DNA of 53,489 nucleotides from Patescibacteria group bacterium (GTDB taxonomy: Bacteria > Patescibacteriota > Minisyncoccia > 2-02-FULL-40-12 > GWA2-44-9), in assembly GCA_038056025.1 (NCBI GenBank), contig JBBUGO010000005.1, positions 1 to 53,489 of the forward strand, given 5' to 3'. The first letter of the stretch is position 1; the number at the start of each line of letters is the position of its first letter. Made by a program: the position numbers and the translations under genes. The notes beneath the pieces were generated by a model, which was not told the origin of the DNA, did not search any database, and saw only the letters and a program-made list of their open reading frames with translations. Positions 16,707-26,867 of this stretch are shown here, piece by piece.

Positions 16707-17741
16707 TTAGAGCAATGAATCTTTAAACAGTTTTTTCAACTCGCTGAACGAATCCCCTTTCGGCAACAATACGTAGGCGCCATTGATGTAGGTGTCATAG
16801 AGGAGGTTGTCGGTGGTAATAACTTCTCGCCGTATCGTTGCCGGGGAAAGGTTTTGCGCTAAATCAAGCAGCGAGTTAATATCAAAAATATCAATATCGG
16901 TGGTTACATCGCTCTTAATAGCAGTCACCATTTCTAGCGCTCGGACAGGATTGGTCAAAAGATTGAGCGACTGAATTTTATTTTTCAGAGCTATGATGAC
17001 CTGTTGTTGCCGCCGCGCACGGTCAAAATCGCTGGTTGAATAGCGCGAGCGCACATAGTAGAGCGCCGTTTGGCCGTCCAGATGATTTTGCCCTGCCGGA
17101 AGCGAAAAGGTGTAACCCCATTGCGTTGTTTCCTCAAAGGGCTTTTCGAGCGTCACATCAATGCCGTCAACCGCATCAACGATGTGTTGGAAGGCCTCAA
17201 AGTCAAATATCACAATGTTATCGATATAGACGCCCGTGACCCTCGAAAGGAGCAGTCGCGTTCCCTTGAGTCCCAGATATTCATAGGCGGTATTTACTCT
17301 CCCGCTATGCTTCGAGTTGATACGAATATAGAGATCGCGCGGAATAGAAACCAACGATGCGTGGTTCGTCGCTTTATCAAAGCTCAACAGCATCATCGTA
17401 TCGGAGAGGAGTCCTCCGTCAGGGTCTTCTTTACCGCGAACCCCGAGGATAAGGATGTCGGTTCGATTCGGCTCTGCTTTTGGCAACACATATTGCGGGT
17501 CGTCCGTAATATCTTTTGCGATGGGGAGTGCGCGCGCAATAGAACTCCATAAAGAACCCCGCGTGTTTTTGGCCGTCGATGGTTGGCTATCTACTACAAT
17601 CGCCTTTCTTGCAGAAAGCTGGGCAAAGTAGTTTGCGGCGCTTATCGCGAGAATAAGTACGAGCATAAGCCCCGCTACGCGGAGCCAGGGACGCTTATGA
17701 AATTGATATTCTTGAGAATTGAAATTAATTTGCCGGAACAT
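16707..17741 (-). CDS. LytR-CpsA-Psr (LCP) family cell-envelope polymer transferase
   Basis: N-terminal TM helix plus DTMMLLSFD, SIPRDLYI and NTAY motifs. Confidence 0.9.
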   Translation of the reverse strand: MFRQINFNSQEYQFHKRPWLRVAGLMLVLILAISAANYFAQLSARKAIVVDSQPSTAKNTRGSLWSSIARALPIAKDITDDPQYVLPKAEPNRTDILILGVRGKEDPDGGLLSDTMMLLSFDKATNHASLVSIPRDLYIRINSKHSGRVNTAYEYLGLKGTRLLLSRVTGVYIDNIVIFDFEAFQHIVDAVDGIDVTLEKPFEETTQWGYTFSLPAGQNHLDGQTALYYVRSRYSTSDFDRARRQQQVIIALKNKIQSLNLLTNPVRALEMVTAIKSDVTTDIDIFDINSLLDLAQNLSPATIRREVITTDNLLYDTYINGAYVLLPKGDSFSELKKLFKDSLL

Positions 17742-18780
17742 GAGATGATTGTCGAAACCACTTACCCATTTCGCGCGGCGGAACTGTCGCCTTCGCCATC
17801 ACCAGCTGACGGCGATGCCACATGCGCGGCAGGAGGCGCAAAAACCGTCCGCACTCGAGGAATACTTTTGGCTCAACTAGAAGGGTATAAAAAAATACTC
17901 CCACTTCCCGCGCCAGAATCCATGGCATATCTCCCAGAATATTCAGTATATAGTCGTTTTTGATGATTGTAAAACGCACATTAGACCAGTCCCAGCGTCG
18001 TTTTTGCAGAGGTATCCTGCGCCGGACAGCCACCCGTTTGAGGACGTCTCCGAAAGAATGCGCAGCTCCCTTGGTTGTGGAGCGGTCATGCCATGCCACC
18101 ACATTCGGCGCATAGATTTGCTTCCAGCCAAAAAGATGCATCCGCCATCCCATATCGAGATCGTCGCCGTACCAAAAATAATCAGGGTCAGCAATGCGAC
18201 CCTCGATACGAATATCTTCCAATGCTTCCCGCCGGAATAATGGTGCGGCCCCCTCGGCGGCAAACAGTTCCCGCTGACGCGCGTACTGCGGCGCATCTGC
18301 TTGGCCGTGGCCGATGTTAACTACTTTTCGCGACCGCGTAAGTGCAAACCCGCAGGTATCAAGGGTGGTGGTAGTACGTTCTGCGCCGCCATCCCATTGA
18401 TACATTTTTGATTGAAGGGCCCCGATACGCGCATCGGACTCCATCACGGGTATCGCACGGGTAATAAAATCTTTATCAAGCACCACATCCGCAGAAAGCG
18501 CAAGGACATATTTCCCCTTGGTGCGGGACAGCAAATAATCCTGGCCGAGCCACATACCCACATTCTTCCCATGGACGTTTAGTGTCGCTTGCGGAAATTC
18601 TTTCTGAATAATCTCGCACGTAGCATCGGTAGAGGCGTTATCTAATACCACTACCTCCAGTGTGGGATACGTCTGGGCATAGACCCTTCGCAAGCAATCT
18701 CGTACATACGATTGCCCGTTGTGGACGACGATTTGAATGGACACGAGCGGATTATTCATGGTGAGCAGCAACGAGGGCAA
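17725..18780 (-). CDS. Family 2 glycosyltransferase (rhamnosyltransferase-like)
   Basis: VSIQIVVHNG...VVVLDNASTD, with a C-terminal extension. It overlaps both neighbouring genes. Confidence 0.85.
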   Translation of the reverse strand: MPSLLLTMNNPLVSIQIVVHNGQSYVRDCLRRVYAQTYPTLEVVVLDNASTDATCEIIQKEFPQATLNVHGKNVGMWLGQDYLLSRTKGKYVLALSADVVLDKDFITRAIPVMESDARIGALQSKMYQWDGGAERTTTTLDTCGFALTRSRKVVNIGHGQADAPQYARQRELFAAEGAAPLFRREALEDIRIEGRIADPDYFWYGDDLDMGWRMHLFGWKQIYAPNVVAWHDRSTTKGAAHSFGDVLKRVAVRRRIPLQKRRWDWSNVRFTIIKNDYILNILGDMPWILAREVGVFFYTLLVEPKVFLECGRFLRLLPRMWHRRQLVMAKATVPPREMGKWFRQSSHVPAN

Positions 18781-20299
18781 CGGTGGTTACGAACAAGAGA
18801 AATGCACGTTCATCAAACAGCGCCACATCGGTGAGCGAGTAAAGAAAAATCCACGGTACATACAAAAGCGCCGATCCATAATAAACCAGAAGTATCGGAT
18901 CGTTTTCTTTGAGATAGCTGCGGTAGGTTGTTGCTAAGAGTTGCCACATTAGCCACAGCACAAGACACAGCGCCGGAATGCCCATCTCTGCGGCAATCTG
19001 GAGATAGATATTGTGCGCGGATGATCCCGCACGCGCGAGGAAGAGGTCCTCTCCCAACACAACCGGAAAATTACCGATGCCAATACCCAAGAGCGGGTGC
19101 TGCACAATGGACGTTAGCGATGCTTTCCAAATTAGAATACGCAGGGCATTGGACGTCTCGCCAAAATTAAGAATGGATTTGAGACGATCTCCGAAAAGGA
19201 GAAAATTCCCTTTGGCAACCAGAAACTGCGGCGATACAAATATCGGGTAGGCCACCGTAAACAAGAAAAAGAACAGCACAAGATAGAGCGCGAGATATTT
19301 GAAAACTTGCGTATGTCGATGGTCAGCCGATTTTTTTAATTTCCATAGCAACAGGAACGCTCCACCGACCACACCGATGCTCGCCGCCCAAATGCCCCGC
19401 GTGCCGCTTAAAATGGCGATGAGAAAACCGAGCGGCACCCACACAATCAAAAATCGTGCGCGGCGCCGTATCATTTGTGACACAACGGTGGTAGCAGTAA
19501 TGATGTGGCCAAGCGACAGCGCCAGAATCGCCGGAACGCCGAGAAGGACGAACTGCGGAAATGAATGGGAATCTGGAAAAAGAGAAAATACCCTTAACGA
19601 AAGCTGATCGCCATAGTAGGCAAACCACGTATTCCCTACTTCTGCGACGATAGAAGCCCAGACCGTGCCGAATTGCCGCAACTGAATCCCCTCCCCCCAG
19701 ATACCGACAAACTGATAAATATCCAAGGCATAAGTGGAAGCAAGCTGAATAAACCCGACCACGATCACGGTAATCGTGGGAAGAGCAATAGCAACGATGG
19801 TACGCGGTATCAACGATTGGTTTCGTGATGCAAGATTGTAGAGCACGACACCGATAAAGGAAAGGTTGAGAAAATAAATAATCCGTTTAATCGCCAGCGT
19901 GCTATCAGAGCTCACTACAGTGGAGAGAATCGCCAGCAGCAGTACGACAAGGAGTGCGGTAATCACGGGGTGTTCTAGATGCCAGCGGGTATGGCGCCGC
20001 ATAACAAGTGCGATGTGTTCGCGGAGTATCGTTAATGTTTCGCGCTGGAGCAGCCAACGAACAAAAATAATAAGCGATATCACCCGCCACGTATTGAAGT
20101 TATCGAATGTTGCCGTCAGCGGCAACGCAAGGAATAGTGGAATAGATGAAATAAATAGCAATACTGCTTCTTCTAGCGGCAGAAGTATTGCCCCAAGAGC
20201 GAGTCCGGCAGCGAGTACCAGTGATATTGAACGGGGTAAGATACCCGTGACAATGAGAATGAATATAACGAGCTCGGTAATAAAAATCTTCTTTCTCAT
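18752..20299 (-). CDS. O-antigen ligase/polymerase-like (Wzy_C) polytopic membrane protein
   Basis: At least 10 hydrophobic helices, with a periplasmic-loop motif GSSAHNIYLQIAAEMGIPAL. Confidence 0.8.
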   Translation of the reverse strand: MRKKIFITELVIFILIVTGILPRSISLVLAAGLALGAILLPLEEAVLLFISSIPLFLALPLTATFDNFNTWRVISLIIFVRWLLQRETLTILREHIALVMRRHTRWHLEHPVITALLVVLLLAILSTVVSSDSTLAIKRIIYFLNLSFIGVVLYNLASRNQSLIPRTIVAIALPTITVIVVGFIQLASTYALDIYQFVGIWGEGIQLRQFGTVWASIVAEVGNTWFAYYGDQLSLRVFSLFPDSHSFPQFVLLGVPAILALSLGHIITATTVVSQMIRRRARFLIVWVPLGFLIAILSGTRGIWAASIGVVGGAFLLLWKLKKSADHRHTQVFKYLALYLVLFFFLFTVAYPIFVSPQFLVAKGNFLLFGDRLKSILNFGETSNALRILIWKASLTSIVQHPLLGIGIGNFPVVLGEDLFLARAGSSAHNIYLQIAAEMGIPALCLVLWLMWQLLATTYRSYLKENDPILLVYYGSALLYVPWIFLYSLTDVALFDERAFLLFVTTVALVAAHHE

Positions 20300-21393
20300 A
20301 CAAGGGCTCTAACTAATTCAAGAAATCGATCGGTGTGAGCGGGCCAATTGAAACGATCGGAGAATGATCGCGCCGCAGATCGAATGGCAGCATGCTTTTG
20401 AGTATCCGTGAGCGCGGCGCCAAGTGCGGCGGCGATAGCATCTGCCGTATAGGGAGCACGCACAAAAAAAGCGTGGTTACCAAAAAGCTCGTGTCCTAAA
20501 GCGTTGTCCGCAATCACGGGCACCGTCCCGTAAACAAGCGCCTCCATGGGGGGAAGTCCAAATGCTTCCCGCGATGAGACATACACTAGTGCGTGTGCAT
20601 GCGCATAGAGATTGGCGAGTTCGCTGTCAGAAACATGTTCGAAGCAAATGACCCGCTCTTTCCCGAGGCGACTATTAATATCGGCTTGTAATTGCTGAAT
20701 CCGAGACGGGCGGTATTTGTCGGGCCCCACAATAATCAATCGCATCGTGGGAAAATCGGGGGTGATCTTCTCAAATGCCTGCATGGTCTCAACAAGATGC
20801 CGACGAGAAAACGCCTGGCCCACAAAAAGGATATATTCGCCGTGGCGATTGACGCTCGCCATGTGCGGCACATCGACACCGAGGTGATTGACCACAATTC
20901 GGTCGGGAGAAATGCCGTATACCGTGGCGAGTTCCTGTTTGCCAAACTCCGACATCGCCATCAGCTTTGTCGCGTGCTTTGCCGCCCACGTGCAAAAAAT
21001 ACGGTAGGCCATCCGATAACGGAGAGAAATATCCTGTGATCGAGCTTCGTAGTAGGCATCGTGCGCAGAGAAAACCAATGATTTACCCCGATGGAGTATC
21101 GGCAACATGTAGTTGGTATAATACATCACATCGGGCCTATCAAACCACAAGCGCATTGGAAGGAGTACATAGTAATAAAGACTAAACGACGGTATTCCTA
21201 TAACTCGTTTTTTAAAGATAGGGGCATCAAGGTACGAGAGTGCGGGTATCTTTGATTTAAAATAGAGCGTGAAGGCAAATTCTTTTTCAAGCTCGGGGCG
21301 CCTGGCAATTTCCTCCAACAATTTACCCACCAGTCGCGCGATGCCATAGGTGTCATCTTCTAGAGATTCGCATTCAATGCCGACTTTAATCAT
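20296..21393 (-). CDS. Family 4 (GT-B) glycosyltransferase
   Basis: The C-terminal half carries SSREAFGLPPMEALVYGTVPVIAD, an E-x7-E type motif. Confidence 0.85.
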   Translation of the reverse strand: MIKVGIECESLEDDTYGIARLVGKLLEEIARRPELEKEFAFTLYFKSKIPALSYLDAPIFKKRVIGIPSFSLYYYVLLPMRLWFDRPDVMYYTNYMLPILHRGKSLVFSAHDAYYEARSQDISLRYRMAYRIFCTWAAKHATKLMAMSEFGKQELATVYGISPDRIVVNHLGVDVPHMASVNRHGEYILFVGQAFSRRHLVETMQAFEKITPDFPTMRLIIVGPDKYRPSRIQQLQADINSRLGKERVICFEHVSDSELANLYAHAHALVYVSSREAFGLPPMEALVYGTVPVIADNALGHELFGNHAFFVRAPYTADAIAAALGAALTDTQKHAAIRSAARSFSDRFNWPAHTDRFLELVRALV

Positions 21394-21442
21394 AACTGGG
21401 CCTGATGAGTGTCGATTCGAACTAGCGCCGGAATACTACGGG

Positions 21443-22408
21443 TTACGCATGCCTTTTCCGTGTAATCGCCTCTTGAATAAGTTTATTAAGTAGCTGCGTA
21501 AATGGGATGCCCGCAACGGCAGCAGCTTGAGGATAGAGGCTCGTTGCCGTCATGCCCGGTATCGTATTTGTCTCCAGAACATAGATATCATCGTCTGCCA
21601 CAATCATATCGGTGCGCGACATACCGGAACAACCAAGAGCTCTGTGTGCCGCAAGCGCAGTTTCCTGAATTTTTTGAATCGTGGTTAGCGGAAGGCGAGG
21701 TGGGGTAATCTCTTCGGTGGCACCCTGGGTGTACTTCGCACTATAATCAAAAAATTTTGCCTGCCTTTGGATAATTTGCGTGGGAGGAAGAGCTACCGGC
21801 TTGGTCTGTCCACCCTCATCCAAGATACCGCACGTAACCTCGTGGCCCGAGATATATTTTTGAATCATGACTCGCGGGCTAAATGAGAACGCCGTTGTCA
21901 GTGCATCGGCGAGTTGCGCCGTTGCTTGAACCACTGTTACGCCAACACTAGAGCCGCAGTCTACCGGCTTCACAATTGCTGGGTACCCGAATCTCCGCAC
22001 AGCGCCAACTGTCTTATAGGGTACGATCTTCCACTCAGCATACTCAACAGAAAGATAATCTGGGACGGACATACCGCGAGCTCTAAAAAGTTCTGCTGAC
22101 TTTACTTTGTCCATTGCAAGCGCACTTGCAGCAACACCGGAGCCAGTGTATGGAACATTTACTGTCTCCAGAAGAGCTTGAATTGTTCCGTCCTCGCCAT
22201 ACTCGCCATGCATCGCGATGAAGGCGACATCTATGTTATTGGGAACCTCCCACTTGGCATCCTTTGGAATGCTGACCTCTCGGACATCGTATTTCGAACG
22301 ATCAATATGCCGTGCAATCAGCGAGCCGGTCGCGAGCGAAATATCATGCTCTGGAGAAGGACCGCCCATCAGTATTGCGAGTCGTAGCCTTTGTTTACTA
22401 TCAGACAT
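21443..22408 (-). CDS. ddl: D-alanine--D-alanine ligase
   Basis: LRLAILMGGPSPEHDISL N-terminus, ATP-grasp core, and ETNTIPGMT near the C-terminus. I take the start at 22408 (MSDSK). The longer track ORF would run through the terminator of the upstream cassette. Confidence 0.9.
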   Translation of the reverse strand: MSDSKQRLRLAILMGGPSPEHDISLATGSLIARHIDRSKYDVREVSIPKDAKWEVPNNIDVAFIAMHGEYGEDGTIQALLETVNVPYTGSGVAASALAMDKVKSAELFRARGMSVPDYLSVEYAEWKIVPYKTVGAVRRFGYPAIVKPVDCGSSVGVTVVQATAQLADALTTAFSFSPRVMIQKYISGHEVTCGILDEGGQTKPVALPPTQIIQRQAKFFDYSAKYTQGATEEITPPRLPLTTIQKIQETALAAHRALGCSGMSRTDMIVADDDIYVLETNTIPGMTATSLYPQAAAVAGIPFTQLLNKLIQEAITRKRHA

Positions 22409-22440
22409 AGCAGAGTATATTGAACCACGAATTTGTCTCT

Positions 22441-22484
22441 CTGAAAAGAAAGAGGCCCCCAACGAATGAGGATTGGCGGCCTCT
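22441..22484 (-). terminator. Terminator of the 22505..23176 cassette
   Basis: On the minus strand the stem AGAGGCC...GGCCTCT is followed by TTTCTTTCTTTTCAG. Confidence 0.55.
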
Positions 22485-22504
22485 TCCGTGAGGACCTTCT
22501 TGGC

Positions 22505-23176
22505 CTAGTCGATGCGCGGCTTCACGAAGATGAAGCGGTGATAGTCAGGACACATACTTCTAGCACTGCTGACGTCCTCTGGTCCAGACGTTCCCAAAGC
22601 TTCCAGTCCCACCCGCACCCCTTTGCCGTTGGGCCACAGAGACACCATGTGCTGCAGGTCTCTCGAAAGGAATGCGTCTCGGAGGACCAGTGGTTCCATC
22701 GCGGCAACGAGCCGTTGCAATCCATGGGGTGTCTCTTCCCTTGGGACATCTCGGGCTGAGAGGACAAGTGCCAGCTTGAGCACCTGCTCAATCAAGCAAA
22801 GTTCCAGGCCACGCACAACACCTCGGTTGCAAATATCCACGTACAGAATGTGGGGTCCTCGGAGCCCTAGCTCCCGCGCTGATAGCTCCACAAGGTCCAC
22901 TTCCTGCGGTGCTTCCTGAACAGCCGGCAACTTGCCCAAAAAATCGTCCACTATCTCGTCGCCGTAGTTGTTCAGCTTCAACAGTGTACGATATCTCTTG
23001 AGATCTCTTCCGCCGCTGAGCGTGATGGTTTTCCAGACAGGGTATCCGTCCCATGAGTTCGGGCTTCGGAGCCACTTCGTGAGCGAGCCTAGCCACAGAT
23101 CGCCGTTCTCTCCGGAAAGGCAGTCCATAAGCTGGTTGAGCGGTCCACGAGCTTCGTAGAGCGCTATTTTCTTCAT
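22505..23176 (-). CDS. Hypothetical protein (223 aa), SD-led GC-richer cassette inserted in the envelope gene block
   Basis: AAGGAGG lies 7 nt upstream of the ATG. No motif recognised. A roughly 150-nt untranslated leader lies upstream. Confidence 0.6.
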   Translation of the reverse strand: MKKIALYEARGPLNQLMDCLSGENGDLWLGSLTKWLRSPNSWDGYPVWKTITLSGGRDLKRYRTLLKLNNYGDEIVDDFLGKLPAVQEAPQEVDLVELSARELGLRGPHILYVDICNRGVVRGLELCLIEQVLKLALVLSARDVPREETPHGLQRLVAAMEPLVLRDAFLSRDLQHMVSLWPNGKGVRVGLEALGTSGPEDVSSARSMCPDYHRFIFVKPRID

Positions 23177-23330
23177 AACGGACCCTCCTTAAGGGTTGTG
23201 CCAGCGGACCACCAAAATGGCAGTCATAGCCACAGGCCGCCGATAGTGTTTTCGTTCGGAAGCTTGGGGCTACGACCGCCGATTAACTACAAAAGTTCTA
23301 GATCTAGTGTACCACAAGTTAAACGCGAGG

Positions 23331-23927
23331 TCAAAGACCCTTCTGGGATTTAACCATGATGCATCGACCGGTAAATCCTTGCTCAAATTTTTGCAATGGT
23401 AAAAATTTGTATTGCCAATTGTATTCAGGGCGTGTGGAAGTGTGATGAATGTAAAATCCCTTCAACTCTCCACTTTCCTCTTCAAACCCAACAACGAGAG
23501 CGAGATGACCGCCGAATTTTTTCCAAAACAAAACTTTTTCCTTGAGCGTTCTGTAATTCTCAAAAGCCCACTTGACCGAAATAATCGGGAGAAAATGTTG
23601 TTTTAGCGCTTCGTGCAGTTCGGCTGGGTTCACACCCTCGCGATTTTCGGCGGAAAAGCCAAACTCTTTCGCCAACTGAGCTAATCCGCTATGATTCCAA
23701 CCAGCAGGGTCTTTATATGCACCGATCTCTACACCTTTTTTGATATATTCAGAAATTGACGGCGAGAGAGGTTTGGCTTGCCCTAAAAGAAAAGCATCTA
23801 TCGCCATTTTGAGACACAAAATTCCGCATGAGGATTTTTCCCAATACTGCGCGTCCTCAAAACTTCCAAAACCGAGTTTCTGCCATTGCGATAAATCCCA
23901 TTTTTGCGGATAAAACGGTACTTCCAT
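23331..23927 (-). CDS. Papain-like cysteine peptidase, C39-like
   Basis: Candidate catalytic Cys in KSSCGILCLKMA and His in FGGHLALVVGF. The fold assignment is from memory, not a search. Confidence 0.6.
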   Translation of the reverse strand: MEVPFYPQKWDLSQWQKLGFGSFEDAQYWEKSSCGILCLKMAIDAFLLGQAKPLSPSISEYIKKGVEIGAYKDPAGWNHSGLAQLAKEFGFSAENREGVNPAELHEALKQHFLPIISVKWAFENYRTLKEKVLFWKKFGGHLALVVGFEEESGELKGFYIHHTSTRPEYNWQYKFLPLQKFEQGFTGRCIMVKSQKGL

Positions 23928-23933
23928 TTTAAT

Positions 23934-24815
23934 TTAATATGGCAGTTTTCTGAATCTTCCGCGGTAAAAATCAAGAATGCCGGCGGCAATGGCTCGGGAG
24001 GGCGCTCGGCGCGACGGCATGAGAAGCATCTTAAGCAATTGAAAGATTATACCGTAGAGTGACACAAACGGCAAGAGACCCTTGACCCACCGCGGACCGT
24101 TGTTGAAATTAAATAACAGTGCATTTCTCGCATGGTAGCGTAAGAGTAACGCCGAGCCCAACGAACGGGTCGTCGCTGAACCATGATGGTCAAGTATTGG
24201 CTCTGAAACAGGGGTTATGGGGATCCCCGCTCGCATGGCGCGAGCGCAGAAATCCGCATCTTCAAAATAGAGAAAATATCTCTCATCAAAAAGCCCTATT
24301 TTTTCAAATACGCTCCGATGGATAACCATTCCCGCTCCGATGGCGTACAAGCGGCGTAGCGCAGAGAGCTTAGGGCTTAGGGCAAAATCGTAGACGTGGG
24401 GAAGAGTGGGTTTCAACCACTCAATACGTCCCCCATAGGCGGTCCTGGCGCCTTCCCGAACGGGCAGGGCTCCGATGCCCTTTATTTGGCCCAAATTGGC
24501 CCGTAAACGCTCGATGTATGCGGGTGTGGGCTCCGTATCGTTATTGAGCAACACAACCCATTCAGCGCCCCGTTCTAGAGCATGTCGAATGCCCACATTA
24601 TTGCCACCCGAAAAACCAAGATTTGAGCTATTCTTATAAAGCTTAAATTGGGTGCCGGAAAGCGCCTGTTCTATCTTTTGCATGTCATGAGCGACTGACG
24701 CATTATCAACAACCATGAGATGAAAATCGGTATCGGTTTGTGTTTTTAGGGCATGGATAAAAGGAACTGTTTGCTCTGCCCCGTTATAATTTACCGTGAT
24801 GAGATAGACGCTCAT
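23934..24815 (-). CDS. Family 2 glycosyltransferase
   Basis: VYLITVNYNG...MVVDNAS...LNND, a GT-A signature. Confidence 0.85.
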   Translation of the reverse strand: MSVYLITVNYNGAEQTVPFIHALKTQTDTDFHLMVVDNASVAHDMQKIEQALSGTQFKLYKNSSNLGFSGGNNVGIRHALERGAEWVVLLNNDTEPTPAYIERLRANLGQIKGIGALPVREGARTAYGGRIEWLKPTLPHVYDFALSPKLSALRRLYAIGAGMVIHRSVFEKIGLFDERYFLYFEDADFCARAMRAGIPITPVSEPILDHHGSATTRSLGSALLLRYHARNALLFNFNNGPRWVKGLLPFVSLYGIIFQLLKMLLMPSRRAPSRAIAAGILDFYRGRFRKLPY

Positions 24816-25903
24816 GCGATGATCTTGCGAACAGCTTTTTGAAAGTTCTTGATGCCGAATTTTTTGCTTTCTTTCCGTAAAACTTTCGGATCATAGACGC
24901 CACGCTGAAGACGCTTCACCCCATCAGCAAGCGCCTCGGGGATGGGGTCGTCAAAAAACTCTCCCGTCACTGCTTCTTCAATAATTTCCAGCACACCGCC
25001 TTTGCGCAACGCGAGAACCGGTACGCCAAGGTGTAACGCTTCTGCCGCCGTAAGGCCAAAATCCTCTTCGCAGGGCACCAAAAGCGCTCGCGCATGGGCC
25101 ACCCATGTCGCCAGCTGCTGATCGTCCACAAAACCCGTAAACACGATGTTTCGCGATGCCCGATCTTTCAGTTGTTGGCGAAGCGGACCATCCCCCACAA
25201 TCACGAGTTGGTGCCCAAGCTTATTAAATGTATCTATCGCGAGTTCAATATTCTTGTGCGGTACTAAGCGGCTCACAATAATGTAGTACGACTCATTACT
25301 CAAGGATTCCGAAGTTGGTGTTGGCAGTTGCGACACGGGTGGATAGATGACATCGGCATCACGCCGATAAAATTTTTTAATTCGTTCCCGCACATGGCGG
25401 GATATGGCAACAAAATCATCTACACGTTGTGCGGCTTCTACATCCCACAACCGTGCAAAATGTCGCGTGATCTTGCCCCCATACTCATACGCATGCGCAC
25501 GATCCCACAGGGGACGCGACGGGCTGTAGCAATAGCACACATGCCGTGTTGCCGGCCGCACAATGATACCCTTTGCAAAGTTCACGGACGAAGAAACGAC
25601 GGTATCAAACGGTGAGAGGTCAAATGACTCTATGGCGGTGGGCATCAGCAATCCGTACGAACGGTATGCGGACGCACCACCAGGCAACGACTGCAAGCGC
25701 GAGGTAATGATGGTTGCCGCAGGAAGATACTGGCGAACAAATTCGGCATCCGCCGCAAGGGTATAAATGGGAGCGCTGGGAAATATGGTATGCAATGCTA
25801 GGAGCGTCTTTTCCGCCCCTCCGTACGAGACGAGGAAATCGTGCACCAGCGCCAGGTTTGCGGCACTACCGTTTCGCAATGACTTGTCGTTTGTAGGTTT
25901 CAA
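24812..25903 (-). CDS. Family 4 (GT-B) glycosyltransferase
   Basis: ALVHDFLVSYGGAEK N-terminus and EEDFGLTAAEALHLGVPVLALRKGG. The annotated start overlaps mreB by 38 nt, so the true start may lie further downstream. Confidence 0.85.
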   Translation of the reverse strand: MKPTNDKSLRNGSAANLALVHDFLVSYGGAEKTLLALHTIFPSAPIYTLAADAEFVRQYLPAATIITSRLQSLPGGASAYRSYGLLMPTAIESFDLSPFDTVVSSSVNFAKGIIVRPATRHVCYCYSPSRPLWDRAHAYEYGGKITRHFARLWDVEAAQRVDDFVAISRHVRERIKKFYRRDADVIYPPVSQLPTPTSESLSNESYYIIVSRLVPHKNIELAIDTFNKLGHQLVIVGDGPLRQQLKDRASRNIVFTGFVDDQQLATWVAHARALLVPCEEDFGLTAAEALHLGVPVLALRKGGVLEIIEEAVTGEFFDDPIPEALADGVKRLQRGVYDPKVLRKESKKFGIKNFQKAVRKIIA

Positions 25904-26867
25904 GATTCTCTAATACTACGCCGGTTCCGCGGGCGACACAAAACAACGGATCATCGGCGATATGAGCCGGGACTCCCGTAGTACGCGTAATAAGCTGATC
26001 AATATTTTTTAACATAGCGCCCCCACCCGATACGATAATACCGCGATCCATGATATCAGCGCACAGTTCCGGCGGCGTCACCTCAAGGACGCCTTTGATG
26101 ATCTGGGTAATTTCCCGCATATGCTCCGTTAACGCTTCGGTGATTTCATTGGTGGCAATCTCAATGGTCTTGGGAAGTCCACTGGCCAAATCACGGCCAC
26201 GGATATGAATGGACTCCTCATTGACCTGTTTCACCGCGCTCCCGATGTTAATCTTGATCAGTTCAGCGGTACGTTCGCCGATGGCAAGGCCGTGCTTCTT
26301 TTTAACGTATTCCACAATGGCCTGATCGAATTTATTGCCTCCGATACGCACCGACGACCAGCTCACGATACCCCCTAATGAAATGACGGCCAGTTCCGTG
26401 GTTCCTCCGCCGATATTGAGAATTATATTGCCGATGGGACTGTTGATGGGAACTTTAGCGCCTACTGCCGCAAGCACCGGTTCTTTCACAAGATAGACGG
26501 CCTTGGCTCCCGCATCAAGCGTGGACTCAATGACCGCACGTTTTTCCGTAGAGGTAATGCCGGCGGGGACAGAGATGAGTACTTCGGGTTTAAAAAAATT
26601 AAATGCGCCCGTTCCCTTTTTTATAAAATACTTCAACATTGCCTCCGTGATACGGTAATCAGCAATCGCACCGTCCACGAGCGGCTTGGAAACGATAATG
26701 CTTTCGGGTGTACGGCCGATCATTTCTTTTGCCTTATTGCCGACGGCGAGGATTTTATTATCGAGCACTGATATCGCCACCACGGATGGCTCATTGAGAA
26801 CAATTCCCTTTTTAGGAATAAAGACGACGGTGTTCGTGGTGCCAAGATCAATACCAATTTTGGGCAT
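25866..26867 (-). CDS. mreB: Rod shape-determining actin homologue MreB
   Basis: IGIDLGTTNTVV, DGAIADY, GGGTTELAVISLGG and GIIVSGGGAML are present. Confidence 0.95.
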   Translation of the reverse strand: MPKIGIDLGTTNTVVFIPKKGIVLNEPSVVAISVLDNKILAVGNKAKEMIGRTPESIIVSKPLVDGAIADYRITEAMLKYFIKKGTGAFNFFKPEVLISVPAGITSTEKRAVIESTLDAGAKAVYLVKEPVLAAVGAKVPINSPIGNIILNIGGGTTELAVISLGGIVSWSSVRIGGNKFDQAIVEYVKKKHGLAIGERTAELIKINIGSAVKQVNEESIHIRGRDLASGLPKTIEIATNEITEALTEHMREITQIIKGVLEVTPPELCADIMDRGIIVSGGGAMLKNIDQLITRTTGVPAHIADDPLFCVARGTGVVLENLETYKRQVIAKR

